DNA of 57,674 nt, filler included, from Basidiobolus ranarum (taxonomy: Eukaryota), in assembly GCA_040143965.1 (NCBI GenBank). It is 5 parts of 5 records of this genome, joined end to end, with 100 filler letters (N's around TTAATTAATTAA, not from the genome) between each part and the next. Parts side by side here need not be neighbours in the genome. Positions count along the whole stretch, not along the records: positions 1 to 11,467 come from JASJQH010000609.1; positions 11,568 to 23,030 come from JASJQH010000610.1; 3 more parts are not named here. One strand, given 5' to 3'. How positions within the stretch are numbered: position 1 is the first letter of the stretch; each line of letters begins with the position of its first letter. Below, piece by piece: positions 10,967-23,130 of this stretch. The notes below the pieces were generated by a model, which had not been told where the DNA came from, searched no databases, and worked only from the letters and a program-made list of their open reading frames with translations. The translations under genes and the position numbers were made by a program.

Positions 10967-11433
10967 TGTCACAATAAGGAACTGGACAAGGACTGGAAAC
11001 AACAACAAGAGGCTAGAAGGCAGGAGAGTACTAGGGTGTAGACCACAAGACAAGACAAGACTGGACAAGAAAGATAATTTGGCAAGAATCTTTATTGATA
11101 ACTGGCATTGATCAGACTGAGGTCTGATCAAGGAATACATGGGGCTTATATAGATATTGTAAGGTGAAACATAATATACTGAATAGGGAATATACTGTGG
11201 CAAGTTTGAGAGTTGGGGTGTTGGGGGCTACAAGGACCAATACAAAGAGGGATGATGTAAGGATGATCAGGTGACCTTCCATGGAAGGTCTTGGTGGAAA
11301 TACACTATCTGTGGGATGACATGATTGGTTAGGTTTCATGGAATGTTCCAAAGAATATGACTTCCATATAAGGTAATCTGGACAAACTAACACAAGATTG
11401 CCAAGAAGAGATGGCACAGCAGATATGATGTCA
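10967..11433 (-). repeat. Probable unrelated LTR inserted into the copia fragment
   Basis: Copia coding stops abruptly at TGTCAC (10967). The minus strand has TATATAAG then AATAAA, and the stretch is CpG-free. No TSD was found and the distal boundary is uncertain. Confidence 0.4.
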
Positions 11434-11467
11434 TAATCTAATAATAGAGGAGTTCTATTTGTAGTGG

Positions 11468-11567
11468 NNNNNNNNNNNNNNNNNNNNNNNNNNNNNNNNN
11501 NNNNNNNNNNNTTAATTAATTAANNNNNNNNNNNNNNNNNNNNNNNNNNNNNNNNNNNNNNNNNNNN
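11468..11567. other. Artificial contig linker
   Basis: 100 bp of N with a central TTAATTAATTAA (stops in all six frames). Confidence 0.97.
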
Positions 11568-12415
11568 CCAATCACATCTCCTTTCTGAAACACAGGGCCA
11601 AAAGGCCTGCCTTCGAATGGGTCGTTGCAATATTTGCGGCCATTGGAATGGTATCCGACCGAGTGACGACTTTTACCTGCATGTGAACAGGTTGTAAGAT
11701 ATAATGCTAACAATACATTTACTCAACAGATGCTGAGATTATTCGGATGTATATACATACCTGGCATTCTCCAAGATGGAAACGGCTTCGTAGTTAGTCC
11801 CAACGCAACTAGTGTATCATCAGGTTTGTCGAATATTTTAACTTCGAAATAGCAGACAGTCTCACGGAAAGGTAACGGAAGATTGGTTTGTACACAGTAC
11901 TCTCCTCCATGAAAAGACACTTCAGTGCGCTCCTCAACAATAACATTCACCTCTTCACCGGCTTCCAATTCCCACGCTGTTACTCCACGTTCGGCAATAA
12001 ATCGCTCTTGTTCTTGCGTAATTTCTGCATTATGACTTCCGGGTGGATGATGAGATTCAAAAGCTCTGGATAATTCATAGCTCTGTTCCTCAGCTTCAGT
12101 CCAGTTTGATGGATATTTAGCACGAATTATGCGCTCTTCACTATCATCAAACCCTTCGATTTCTTCGAAGGCCATATACATAGCTTCACTATGGTAGGCT
12201 AGGAAGACAGCACGGAAAGTAAAGCATAGAACGCCCATGCTAAGAGATATTGCAAGTAGTATAATGACAACTGTCGTAACTACACTAGGGTCGCTAGTTG
12301 CTTGTTCATCAGCTTGTCTAATAAGGCCTTTGTTCTGGCCCAGTTGATAGATAACCTGAGAAAGTGTAACTCTGGCTTCTTTGGAAAGTCCCAGTGGGAA
12401 AAAGGTCACGGCCAT
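11568..12415 (-). CDS. SSH4: Ssh4/Ear1-like single-TM SPRY-domain Rsp5 adaptor, 3'-truncated by the contig end
   Basis: ATG at 12415. Exon 12415-11761, 84-nt GTATGT...CAG intron, exon 11676-11568. Hydrophobic segment VVTTVVIILLAISLSMGVLCFTF. SPRY motifs VQTNLPLP, YFEVKIFDKP, GLTTKPFPSWRMPG, HSVGYHS, FGPVFQKGDVIG. Confidence 0.88.
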
Positions 12416-15400
12416 TCTATACAGATTTATCAAATTGCTCTTGTATTAAAGAATATACTTTTTGGTGATATCAATTGATTAGACCTGTTTAAGATAGGAA
12501 TTTTGTTAGTACAAAGATGCGCTTTGTAGGAATGACTCGAGGGTTGTCAGTGCCAGTTGAGTAATTTCACTATCCTATGGGTTCTATTTAACAAATATTC
12601 CATGACCTTTATTAGCAAAGCCTACGTTTATAGAGCTCATTTGGATTCTGACAGATCACCTTGTAAAACTCCTGGTTGGACGTAGGCTTAGCCGTAATTC
12701 ATCAACTAGCCTATATTTGCACCTAAATTATCCAAGCCAAGATCGATTATTATGAAGGCTTAGCGCTCTAATATTGTGTTATCTAAGCCCCAACAAGGAT
12801 TAGTTTTCAACTTTCTATGGATGTTCGAATATTTCTGAAAGCGCTTTCAGCGTAGCATGTGAGACTTCTTCACTTTATGGATGGATTATTTTGTATAAGG
12901 GAATTGAAACGTAATCATTAGTATTTTTCATCAAGATAACCATCACTCATAACTTCCAAATTGCTTTAACCGAAGTTCCTAGTATCTCCTGCTTCTAGTA
13001 TCACAGTGTTAATGCTTCTCGAAGGCGAAATAAATTCATGAATATTTTAATGATAATATATAGTGCCTGTATTACAAATAGGATACTACTTAAAATGAGT
13101 TATCATTATTCACAGATGTCAACCAAGTACGTATTTAAAGTACAAGGTGTACATAGCGTACGTTGATAAAACAGATAACAAGCGATATATATATGCTTTA
13201 TTTGTTGCAATGAGAGGAGAATCAAAAGAGGGTAACTGCAGTAGTACTTAGAGTCTGCAGCCTTTAGCAATTTGAGCTGGTAACATTAGTGAGGATATAT
13301 TGAATGTTCAACATGTCCTGCACCTCATAAGCATTATTAGAATGGGGTACCTAATGAATTATAATCTTTGCCAATATCACTATTACATGATTGTATCCAG
13401 AGAATGAATATATATTATAGATAAGAGTGAAAGGTTTTACTGGGACTTTCTATATTAGAAAAAGGAGATAGAAGTTTCAGTAGGTCCAATTTCAGCAATG
13501 ACTTTAAATCAGCCTTTATCTTTTGGACTCAATAAATTAACCCAACTCAGTAGCAGTGTTGGTAGTGAGAAGCTGATTACCCTAGGACTTCAGTCACACA
13601 TCTAGAATCGCTCTAAAATTATACGTTAATTTTAGTTACAGAAGGATGTACAGACTTTAGTACAGATCTCTGCAAGCTTTGAAATATCACACACTAAACT
13701 CCACTATTGCCAGTAGTAGAGTAAGATGTATTGGAGATGATAAAATAGAGATTGATCTGTTTATTTCCAATTGTCCATGAATAGTATGGATGTTTTTGTG
13801 GTAAGGACGACAGCACCACTTTACTCCTTACTTTTCTGCTCCGCAAAATGAGAAAAGTAGCAAACTTTGACGATATGGGTTGTTGAAGATGACTTCCCAC
13901 GAATCTTGTGATAGCTAGGTCAATTTCTTGATGCGGTAGTAGCCATTACAGGTCAAATGAAATTGATGCATACAAACTTAAATAACTAGAATCAAATTTG
14001 TCCATATCAACATGGTGGCGATACTGACCACCACCCAAATCACAACCTCCGAGATTATTTTGTGTTTTCCGACACCACCGTGGCCGGCAGAAATGACCCC
14101 TCTCTTCTATCGCACAAGAGCTAGATAAGTAGAGATAATAACGTCCCATAAGGAAATAGCATTCATCCCCTATACAGCCCTTTTAGAGTCATCATATATT
14201 GGACTATTATTTGTTATTAGTAGGGTTAGGAAACCTCTGCCAAGAACTTTACAGTCACTTTCATAAGTACTGATAAGAATTAACACAAAGCTACATAGAA
14301 CCCTTCAGTACCACCTTGCAATATTCTTTCGTATTGAAGTCAGCACATCTCATATTGTGTAGCAACCGGAATCCTATCCAATATAGAGTTTCAGATTCAG
14401 CACTCTTTTATCATTGGACTGAAAGGTTGCTAATGTTCAACACTCAATATAACCTAAACACGCTCCTGTATAAAACCACTGGCACTGACTGAGGTATCAG
14501 AGTCAATATCAAAGCTTGCGCATCTCAAAATCTCAACTTTAGCTGTTAATGGCTTAAAAAGTTGCATTTTTTTAAAACTTGAATCATGATACGAAAGATT
14601 ATAATTGCATTGGCGATCAGCTCCAATATGTTTAGTTACCATCCAGCGTTTAGGGCGCTACTAAGGATTTTTGCCTATCACCTTTGCTGAACTCCTAACT
14701 CAACACAGAAGAGCTAAAGCAGGTATGCGCCGGTATCATATGCTGACACCGTTCAGTATTAGAAGGCTCAGAGTAGCATCAGAAAGATAAATCTCGAGGC
14801 ATGCCTTCGTTCCCCGCCTTGTTGCAGCACGTAACTATTTGCCTGCAATCTCCGTATCTTTAGAACATCAATCATAACAAAGCATGAATAATCTAAGTAA
14901 CGATTGGCAACGACGATATGATAGAGAAGCTACAGTCATCGCAGCTTCAAGATTTGGGGTCCGAAACATGATAAATATAGAATAGTATGTTCTGAGCCTT
15001 ATCATGCTTTACAAAAATGGAAATCAATGCCTCGTATTGCGCCCCGCAAGCCACGTTTTACTTTCCACTAAAATCGCCGATATTGTTCAAGCTTCAATAT
15101 GGTTTTGCTAAACAAGAACGTTCCCCATACAAAATATTCCAATCTTTTCTTTCTATTCCATTCGACTTACGAGTAAGGAAAGGTCTGCTTACTAATATCG
15201 TTTCATGATCTACATCTAGAACATTGCATTCATTGGACAAAACTCGCCAATATGTCCAAGTAAATCAGGTGAATAAGATGAAAGTGGACTATTGTCGTAA
15301 ATTACTGTAAATAATCAGTGGGGGCCACTCCTGACAACATCATCTAGGCAGCGCTCAGAACAAACATACAAGATTCCGAAGAAAAGCGCTAGGTACAAGC

Positions 15401-17209
15401 CAATATGGAAGAATCAAGACTTGGGTGAAGAATGTAGATGCTGAGGTACAGACTGTCTGAGAATACAGGTGTTGATTTTGGAAATATCTTGTCTCTGGTA
15501 ACTGACGATTGTTACCTAGCCACCTATATCCAGCAACTTGATGGCAAGGATGAAAAGTGACCCGACTCCGCATCCCTTTTCAAGTGTGAAGGCGAGTGTG
15601 TGCTCAACCAATTGGAGAACTGCTGAGTGTTGAAATATGTTGTTCAACAGCCATATTTGTAGAGAGAAATCGGTGTTTTCGACGTGTCCGATTGGAGGCA
15701 CCCCTTTGCTACGCTTGGCAGTAGCTATGGACAAGAAAAGACATATAGCTCAATCCCTCCTGAGGTTGCTTAAACGAGGTTTACTAATACCGTTAAATGT
15801 AAGCCCTAAAAGGGGCCATCGTCGTTAACAATCTAACAAAAAGGAGTTAATAGGTGGGTTTGAGTAAACCAGTTCAGTGGTTGAATCATTGTTCATATGA
15901 AGTATGGAGATCTAAAAGAGCAACTAACGTGTTTATTGAGACATGCCAGTTACTCTATCATCCTGGCCATTGTAGAGCAGATCCACGTGGAAGTCAAGCC
16001 AACTGTCTCGGACGTCATCATCATATGACAAGAGATTGTTGATGGGCAGAAACAATCAATACACCAGATGGCATCCGGTGTAGTGTCGTTCAGGCGGCAT
16101 CTTCTCATGGCACAGGTCAGCTGAGGACTGATGCTGGCGATAACGGTTTCGACTCTCTTGCCTCATCCCCAGAAACGCAATACTGTTCCTGACGCTGATT
16201 CACCTCACGTCAAATATAATCTCACCAGATTGCCAGCGTTCAACTAGGAGCCCAATGGCCATTTTGTAGAGGTGAAACCCATTGGGCCGTATCAGAATAC
16301 ACATCGCTATTTCCACATGGGACTAATGAGATTTCGAAATCCAATCTCAGCTTTTGAGATTCCAATAAGAGTGGCTGCTTGCATATAGACCAATCTTGAT
16401 GCTTCCAAAGAGGGAATTGCCCAGATTCCTTTCTGGCCAATCATTCTTCGCAGAGGGATTTCCGGGATGCAGATGGGAAAACGTGGCAGTGGGTTGACGA
16501 AGCAAAATCAAATAGTAGAGGCAAATGGAAACTATTCATTGTGGAGAATCGGGGTACAGCGGCTACTTCCACCATATTGGTAATAGCGGGCCTCATCAGG
16601 TTTGGAGGTTGATGGAGGCTTGTGGCTTAATGGATGATTGTAGACCCAATTGTCATTACTGACCGCGCACAAGGGAGCCATTGTGTCCAACAAAGCATTG
16701 CTGAGATAAAGGCTATCTATTGTATCATTCTCATTCGCATTTGCATGCCATCCCATATTACGACGATCAAAGCCATTTTGATATCCTAGATTTAGATACT
16801 CTTATAGTGGGATGTATTTCCTTTTATGAATACTAAACCACTATTCAGTCACGTAAGTCGAAGTTCCACCTGAATATACAGAATATACAGTAGCTTTGTC
16901 TATTTTTTACTCTATTGAATTGAAATAACGCATGTATCAGATCTCGAACCCTAAATGACCACTAGTCCCTATTTTCCATCTTCCATTTGCTTTTCTTTTC
17001 TCTCGTACTCAACCATATCTCGTTTCCTATTTTTTTTCTATTTTCTCAGAGACCTTTCTTGTTTTACCACTGCTGTATTAGTTTTCTATCCACTATCTCT
17101 TTAAGCAAATCAACTCATAGTCAACTGAGTAGCTCATTTCTAAGGTTGAAGGTCCTTGTTTTCGACTTTTCCCTCTGTTTTCCTTTTCTGTCCTTATTGA
17201 ATTTCTCAA

Positions 17210-19952
17210 ATGCACTTGTCTTTCCTGAGACGTGGTAGATCTCCACTTTCGCCAGCAATACCTTCTTTCTCTACCCCAGGTTCGAATGATTGCGCTATTC
17301 TTCTTGTGGATAGTGTTTACTTAGCAGGCACTTACCATATTACTCCTTACGGCTCCCCACAACCTTCACCTACTGTCGAAGAGCACCAGACTAGCTACGA
17401 ATCTTGTGATTATAAAAGTACGCACAGTAGTCAGAAATCCTTGAAACGCGAAGGTCACGGACCTACCGAGTTCATACAACAACTTCTGGATACATACAAA
17501 CAAGGTAACTTTAAGTTTGCTCTAGAAATTATTGAGTATGATATATATTAACAAATATCCTATCGATAAGTTACTGCTGTTACCTCCGGAAACGCAGCCA
17601 TGTCATACTTGCACTGTTTGCCTTCTGGGCAGTTCGGATACACCATTCTTCTTATTGACCTAGATCATCATACCTCTCATAGTCTCCATGAAGCCAGTCC
17701 CTCAGCGGCTTACAACAAGAGCATGTTTGACTCGGAGGATGATACCAACATACTTTATGGGATTGAGCTGTTGAAAGTGGTTCTCAAAGAGATCGATTTG
17801 GGAATAATCACTAATGTAATTCCAATAGGTATTTGGACTCTTCAATAATAAGCATCAAATACGGGGATTCTTAACACTATTTTCTATAAGTTATTTCTCA
17901 AAATGATTCTCCACAATTGATGGCTACTTGTTTGGACCTTGGAGCCGCGGACTACCTTATCAAGCCTGTATCGACTCAAGTTATTAAGACCCTCTGGCTT
18001 GTAATGCAATTTCAATCACTTATCGTACTTCTATTGGTTTTAACGTCTTTATGTAGAACTCAACCAGATACAAGAAGCCTGTTCCTTCTCCCGATAGTGG
18101 CGATGAAACAATGAGCAAAACGTCAAACCTTAGTGTTCACGCAGGAAATCTTCATGATATTGAAGAGAGATTAAATGTCGCTTTCTCTCGTGATGAATGG
18201 TATGTCTGTTTATTTAGTTTTATAACACAATTGTAGCTTACCGTTATTTTGTACGTCATAGGCTTGAGGAAATGATAATCAATCATTACGCTCCTCCTTT
18301 TCATCATATCAATATTACGAAGTTTCCTAGGTAATTTTGAATATCCTTTTCGACTCGTATACTGAAGTACTTCTTGGTTAACAATTTAACTCAGGCTTGA
18401 TTCTATTGCCTCCCAAGAGCGTATGTCCTATCTGCGTCAACAATACTCTAATTGGGATTTTTGCCCTTACGATTATTCCGAAGATGATTTACTTCGCTGC
18501 ATTTTGATCGCGTTTGAAGACAGTCTAGCGGTGCCGGGACTGAAGAATATTACTGTCTCTAATGGTAAGACGTTAAGCTTGAAAATTGGCGATACTGGTT
18601 ACTAATCTTTCGCATTAGATGTACTTCATCGGTTTATTCTTGCTATTCGTGCTGCCTATAGCAATCCCAATCCCTATCATAATTTTTATCACGCCGTGGA
18701 TGTTCTTCAGGCAACTTACTATACGTTGAACAACGTTGGCCTCATTGGTCTTCCCGGTGGTTCTATGCACCTCAATAAACGTTCAGTCGATGCAGTTAAA
18801 AGGCGTATCCAGGATTTCTTGACCCCTAACGATGTATTCGCCTTGATAGTCTCAAGTCTGGCTCACGATTTAGGCCACCCCGGTGTAAATAATGCATACA
18901 TGGTCAATGCTCAAACACCTCTAGCTCTGCTATACAACGATCAAGCAGTTCTTGAAAACTATCACACTACCTCATTGTTTCTCTTGATGAAGAAGCATGA
19001 GTTCAACTTTTTTGGTGATCAATTTACTTCGGAGTTCAAAGATTTCCGCAAATTAGTTGTTAACTCAATACTTGCGACTGACATGAGTGCTCATTTTGAG
19101 TACATTCGTTCATTCACAGAGCAAAACAAACGACTAGAATCCTCCACTAAATTGGATGCCATACAAGAGAAAATTTCTTTCTGTTCTGCTATTCTTAAAT
19201 GCTCTGATATCAGCAATGCGGTTCGTATTTTAAGTATCATTTTTTCCAACTAGACTATGTGCTTAAATCTTCCATCAGGCTCGTTCTTTTCATATAGCTT
19301 CAAGGTGGACTGAGTGTTTAATGGGTGAACTCAGAGACCAAGTATGTGATTTGCACTATATTTATTTCCAGGTCGTGTTGCTCATTCTAATGTTAATATT
19401 AGGCGGCTTTGGAAGAAAGAATGGGATATCCTATCATCATGGATCCAAAACAATCAGACACTGTTCTTGCTCAAGGCCAAGTCGACTTTATAGGAAAGAT
19501 GGCACTTCCCTTGTTTCAGGTTGTCAGTGAGATGATCCCAGGTATGTTGTTTTGTCAAGCTTCTCTGGATAGTATGAAGGTGCTAATGATGCATATGATT
19601 TCGCAGAAATGACTTATTGTATTGATAAGATTAAAAGTAACATCGTTACTTGGGAGAAAATACGCGACCATGGATCGCACACTCACCCTGCAATGGAGCA
19701 TAGTGATAGTACAGTTTCGGGGGACAGCGCCGGAACTGCTGCTTCCAGTACAGATGCAATGTACATAGACCCCATTATTCCTATTATGGCCGAAACTTTT
19801 TAGATCCTAACTCTGAGCCAGAATCAGAAGGTTCTTTAGACATCTTCTCCATTACATCCCTCGTACTTGCATCGCTCACTCGTAAAATCAGGACGAAATT
19901 GGCTAAACCCTCTCGACTTGTCTACTTCTATCAAGCAGGAAATATAGACTGA
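17210..19952 (+). CDS. PDE2: Class I (HD) 3',5'-cyclic nucleotide phosphodiesterase with N-terminal receiver-like domain
   Basis: In-frame exons: 17210-17504, 17571-17828, 17891-18000, 18057-18199, 18262-18330, 18395-18564, 18619-19220, 19279-19341, 19403-19541, 19607-19747, 19804-19952. The last intron is uncertain; the alternative stop is at 19803. PDE motifs NPYHNFYHAVD, HDLGHPGVNN, LENYH, LATDMSAH, KCSDISN, QVDFI. Receiver-like motifs ILLVD, TILLIDL, GIELL, VISQND, LGAADYLIKPV. Confidence 0.9.
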
Positions 19953-20722
19953 ATCCGAATAATGGATCTGAATATGTGATGTCTCAGATTACATGAATTT
20001 CCTAACACGATCTTCAAGTACACAATGTCAGAGCGCTCCCATTTCATTCTTTTTTGTTGGAATGCTTCTGCTTATTCTTTTGTAAATATAGAGCCATACT
20101 TTCTTCTTTCTCATTACACAGCCTTTCATCCTATATTCTTTGATTTGCCCCTTCCGTCATATATCATTTCCCCTACATTTCTAACCCTGTTTCTGTTTAT
20201 TATATATAAAAAGTGAAAACATATGCGGCAGTTTTTGAACAAATTCTGATTCCTGAAATGAGCTTTTGGCAAATAACAAACCACTACTGCCATTCTCAAG
20301 CCTTTTTCTCATACCACAGATAGTACCTGAGTCTTAGACATAGATATCAAGCGTTGTTAAGCTCACCATCAAGCAACCATGCACTGAAGCCGGTTTGTAG
20401 CTCAGCTCGCACTGGTTTCATAATGATAGCCAGCGTTTGAGCTAAATTGAATTCACAAGCTGTGGGTGCGACCGAGATGTATCACCATCTATGGTACAAA
20501 TGTCTATGAGACTTGAATACAGACATCATGTGCTGTTTCTCAACAGGATTTGGATAGCCTGTAGCTTTATATAGCATCCAATCAATTATTGAATAATTTC
20601 TGTACATCTCATACCAATTCAATGGATTTTTCAGGGATGAGACTTCATTGCATCCTTAACGGGTGACTTAAGAAGCTAATATCTAATAGGTCTTTTAGAG
20701 TTGTACTTTCACACTGACTGAA

Positions 20723-22927
20723 ATGCGAAGAGTAGAGGAAGTTCCTTCCGATAAACGTCCTCGAAGTTACTTTCAGGATACCTCTGGTCAGAATTCTTCA
20801 CAATGGCATGAAGCAGAATCCCGTAGGCCAATTTCGTTCATGCCATCTGCAGAGTTATACGTAAATCCATATTACTCAGAAGATACACGTTTTCCAGAGC
20901 CACACATCTCTCAGCTGCCGCCATCTGCTAATCCCTATACTTACCAACAGTATGCACCAAACGTACAGAATTCAACTAGCAGTTACTTACAGATGCCACA
21001 ACTACCAATACATCCTGACCATCAAAGATACTCGGAGGAAAATGCCAACTTTCATGGCATGCCTGTTCCCAATTTTGTAGATTCCGGTGAATATATATCC
21101 AGTACAAATTTTCAGAGAATGCCTCAAATCGGTTCATATAATCAAGGCAACGTGTTTCCTCAAATTGATATTAATGAGAATCGCCCATATCATACCATTC
21201 CAGGTGTCCAGAATCCTTATACGAAGTCCTATCAACCAACTCAAGTAGATAATCATGTTCAATCGTCGAATGAAGCGCACTCGTATCCATGGCCGGAAAC
21301 ACTTGAGCAGCGAAGAGATTTCGATCTCCCAAACATGCCGAATAGTTATTTCAATGGAACTGAAGGGATGCCAAGTCTAGAGACAATGCATTACAATCAT
21401 CATGCTTTTCAAGATAATGATCATGAAATGAGGAATAGACCCGAGTTATGTTCACATGCAACATCTCCCAGTGATTTTGGTATTCTTACGCCTTTATCCC
21501 CGAATGGACATTCATCTTCAGTACATTTTCCCATTTATCCAGGGTCAGATGAATCATATAGCTTAGGAATAGAGAAACCCTCCTCCACACTAGGCCCTGT
21601 ACAATTGAATGCAGATGCCCGTAACGACAATATCCTGGTACCGGAAAGTGAGACCATCAACCAGATTTCGGAAGAACCAACTAAACCTGCGTTTACTAGT
21701 CAAAAAGAACCTACGGATATCACTATTAGCAACATCCCTGCACTACCAAAGGTGAACTTAGACAATACAGATTCCCCACATATACTACCCAACCAACTGG
21801 ACTTGCAAACATCTATACCTGACGATACTCAATCTCAAACGCTGTTGAACCATATCCCAGAAACTCCAGTAGATAGCATGGTGCCAATGTTAGAAAGTTT
21901 GAAAATTAATACGTCTTTGACTTCCTATTCACAGGATGATCATAACCAGTCACCTGAAGAGAATTCCCATCGCGATATCAATGTGACTTCTCCTGGTTGC
22001 AACGATTCATTTGCATTGCAAGAAAGCCTCTGCAATGAAGAAAGTCCGAAGGATATTCATGATCCTAAGATTGACAGTGAAAATGGACAATCTTTACAAT
22101 GCAATGATCAAGAATGCGTACAAGATGATGAGGCGTATGAGGGCGAATTCACTGATTCTGACTCTGACGGTGAGCCTGATGGGTCTGCACTCCCATTGCT
22201 ATTTGATGCATCAGATTGTCTGCTCAATTCTGAGTTTATTGCTGCCAACGAGCTCTATACACTCTACCCACCGAAATTTACGAACAAAAGCAAAATAAGC
22301 CTCTTTAATCAATTCTCCTCAAAAGTGGGTAAACTAGATGACTGCATAGTGCAGATAACTCGCTGGCAAACTTCCGAAACCTATCCTGATCACACACTCT
22401 ATCAAGAAGAGAGCTACTCGTTGAAAATTCGACTGGAAGAAAATTACTTCACCTACCCTGTTGACCCGAAGGGATGTACGTGGCATGTGAACTTCTCTGA
22501 TGGTGAGCTGTTTGGTAATTATGGGGCATCGGAGCTTGCTACCGACGAGTTGCAAGTACTAGAGCATCCGATCCTAGGCTCAGTAAGAGAGTTACTATTG
22601 CATCGAAGCAAAACGTATCCTACGTTAGCACCGAAGACCCTTGAAGTCAACTCAGCTAATGAAGTGGTAGCCTATAAATCAACACCGATCTTGATACAAG
22701 ATATATTTCAGATGTGCACATTTTCAATGAACGATAATACCGTACCTGAAAATCAATCTCTCTATCAGAAACACTTCGGTTCATTCAATCAGAACAAACT
22801 CTTGAAAGGGTTTGATTTGTGCACTTCCAAGGCTCTTAATAACTTTATATGTATCGCCTCACCACCTGAGGGCCAAAAAGTCTACGATTCCGAAACCATT
22901 CATGCCACTCTGATGACGGGTTGTTAA
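20723..22927 (+). CDS. Large protein: disordered P/Q/S/N-rich N-terminus plus C-terminal PARG-like domain, apparently truncated
   Basis: 734-aa single ORF. From about 22190 it has PPKFTNKSK, ITRW, WHVNFSDGELFGNYGASELATDELQVLEHPILGSVRELL, TPILIQ and NNFICIASP, resembling PARG-type catalytic macrodomains. The expected distal TG-x-WGCG-A-x-GG motif is absent before the contig end. Confidence 0.75.
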   Translation: MRRVEEVPSDKRPRSYFQDTSGQNSSQWHEAESRRPISFMPSAELYVNPYYSEDTRFPEPHISQLPPSANPYTYQQYAPNVQNSTSSYLQMPQLPIHPDHQRYSEENANFHGMPVPNFVDSGEYISSTNFQRMPQIGSYNQGNVFPQIDINENRPYHTIPGVQNPYTKSYQPTQVDNHVQSSNEAHSYPWPETLEQRRDFDLPNMPNSYFNGTEGMPSLETMHYNHHAFQDNDHEMRNRPELCSHATSPSDFGILTPLSPNGHSSSVHFPIYPGSDESYSLGIEKPSSTLGPVQLNADARNDNILVPESETINQISEEPTKPAFTSQKEPTDITISNIPALPKVNLDNTDSPHILPNQLDLQTSIPDDTQSQTLLNHIPETPVDSMVPMLESLKINTSLTSYSQDDHNQSPEENSHRDINVTSPGCNDSFALQESLCNEESPKDIHDPKIDSENGQSLQCNDQECVQDDEAYEGEFTDSDSDGEPDGSALPLLFDASDCLLNSEFIAANELYTLYPPKFTNKSKISLFNQFSSKVGKLDDCIVQITRWQTSETYPDHTLYQEESYSLKIRLEENYFTYPVDPKGCTWHVNFSDGELFGNYGASELATDELQVLEHPILGSVRELLLHRSKTYPTLAPKTLEVNSANEVVAYKSTPILIQDIFQMCTFSMNDNTVPENQSLYQKHFGSFNQNKLLKGFDLCTSKALNNFICIASPPEGQKVYDSETIHATLMTGC

Positions 22928-23030
22928 TAGAGGATATTGATCAAAGATAGGAAAAATTATATTCGCCAATTGTTTTCGATCTCTAATTCTATAACTACCC
23001 ATATTTCGCTCCCGGTTGGCTCCCGGATTT

Positions 23031-23130
23031 NNNNNNNNNNNNNNNNNNNNNNNNNNNNNNNNNNNNNNNNNNNNTTAATTAATTAANNNNNNNNNNNNNN
23101 NNNNNNNNNNNNNNNNNNNNNNNNNNNNNN
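23031..23130. other. Artificial contig linker
   Basis: 100-bp N/TTAATTAATTAA spacer. Confidence 0.97.

Noticed and set aside
1334..14230. TTAGGG-like motifs at 1334-1344, 8999-9010 and 14221-14230
   Set aside because: Each has fewer than two full units and is internal, so these are not telomeres. At most they are telo-box-like sites that I cannot support.
12416..17209. Many 60-80 aa ORFs in the 4.8-kb divergent intergenic region
   Set aside because: No motifs, no spliceable chain and no recognisable RNA gene. Probably promoter/UTR sequence, with a pyrimidine-rich leader at 16960-17209.
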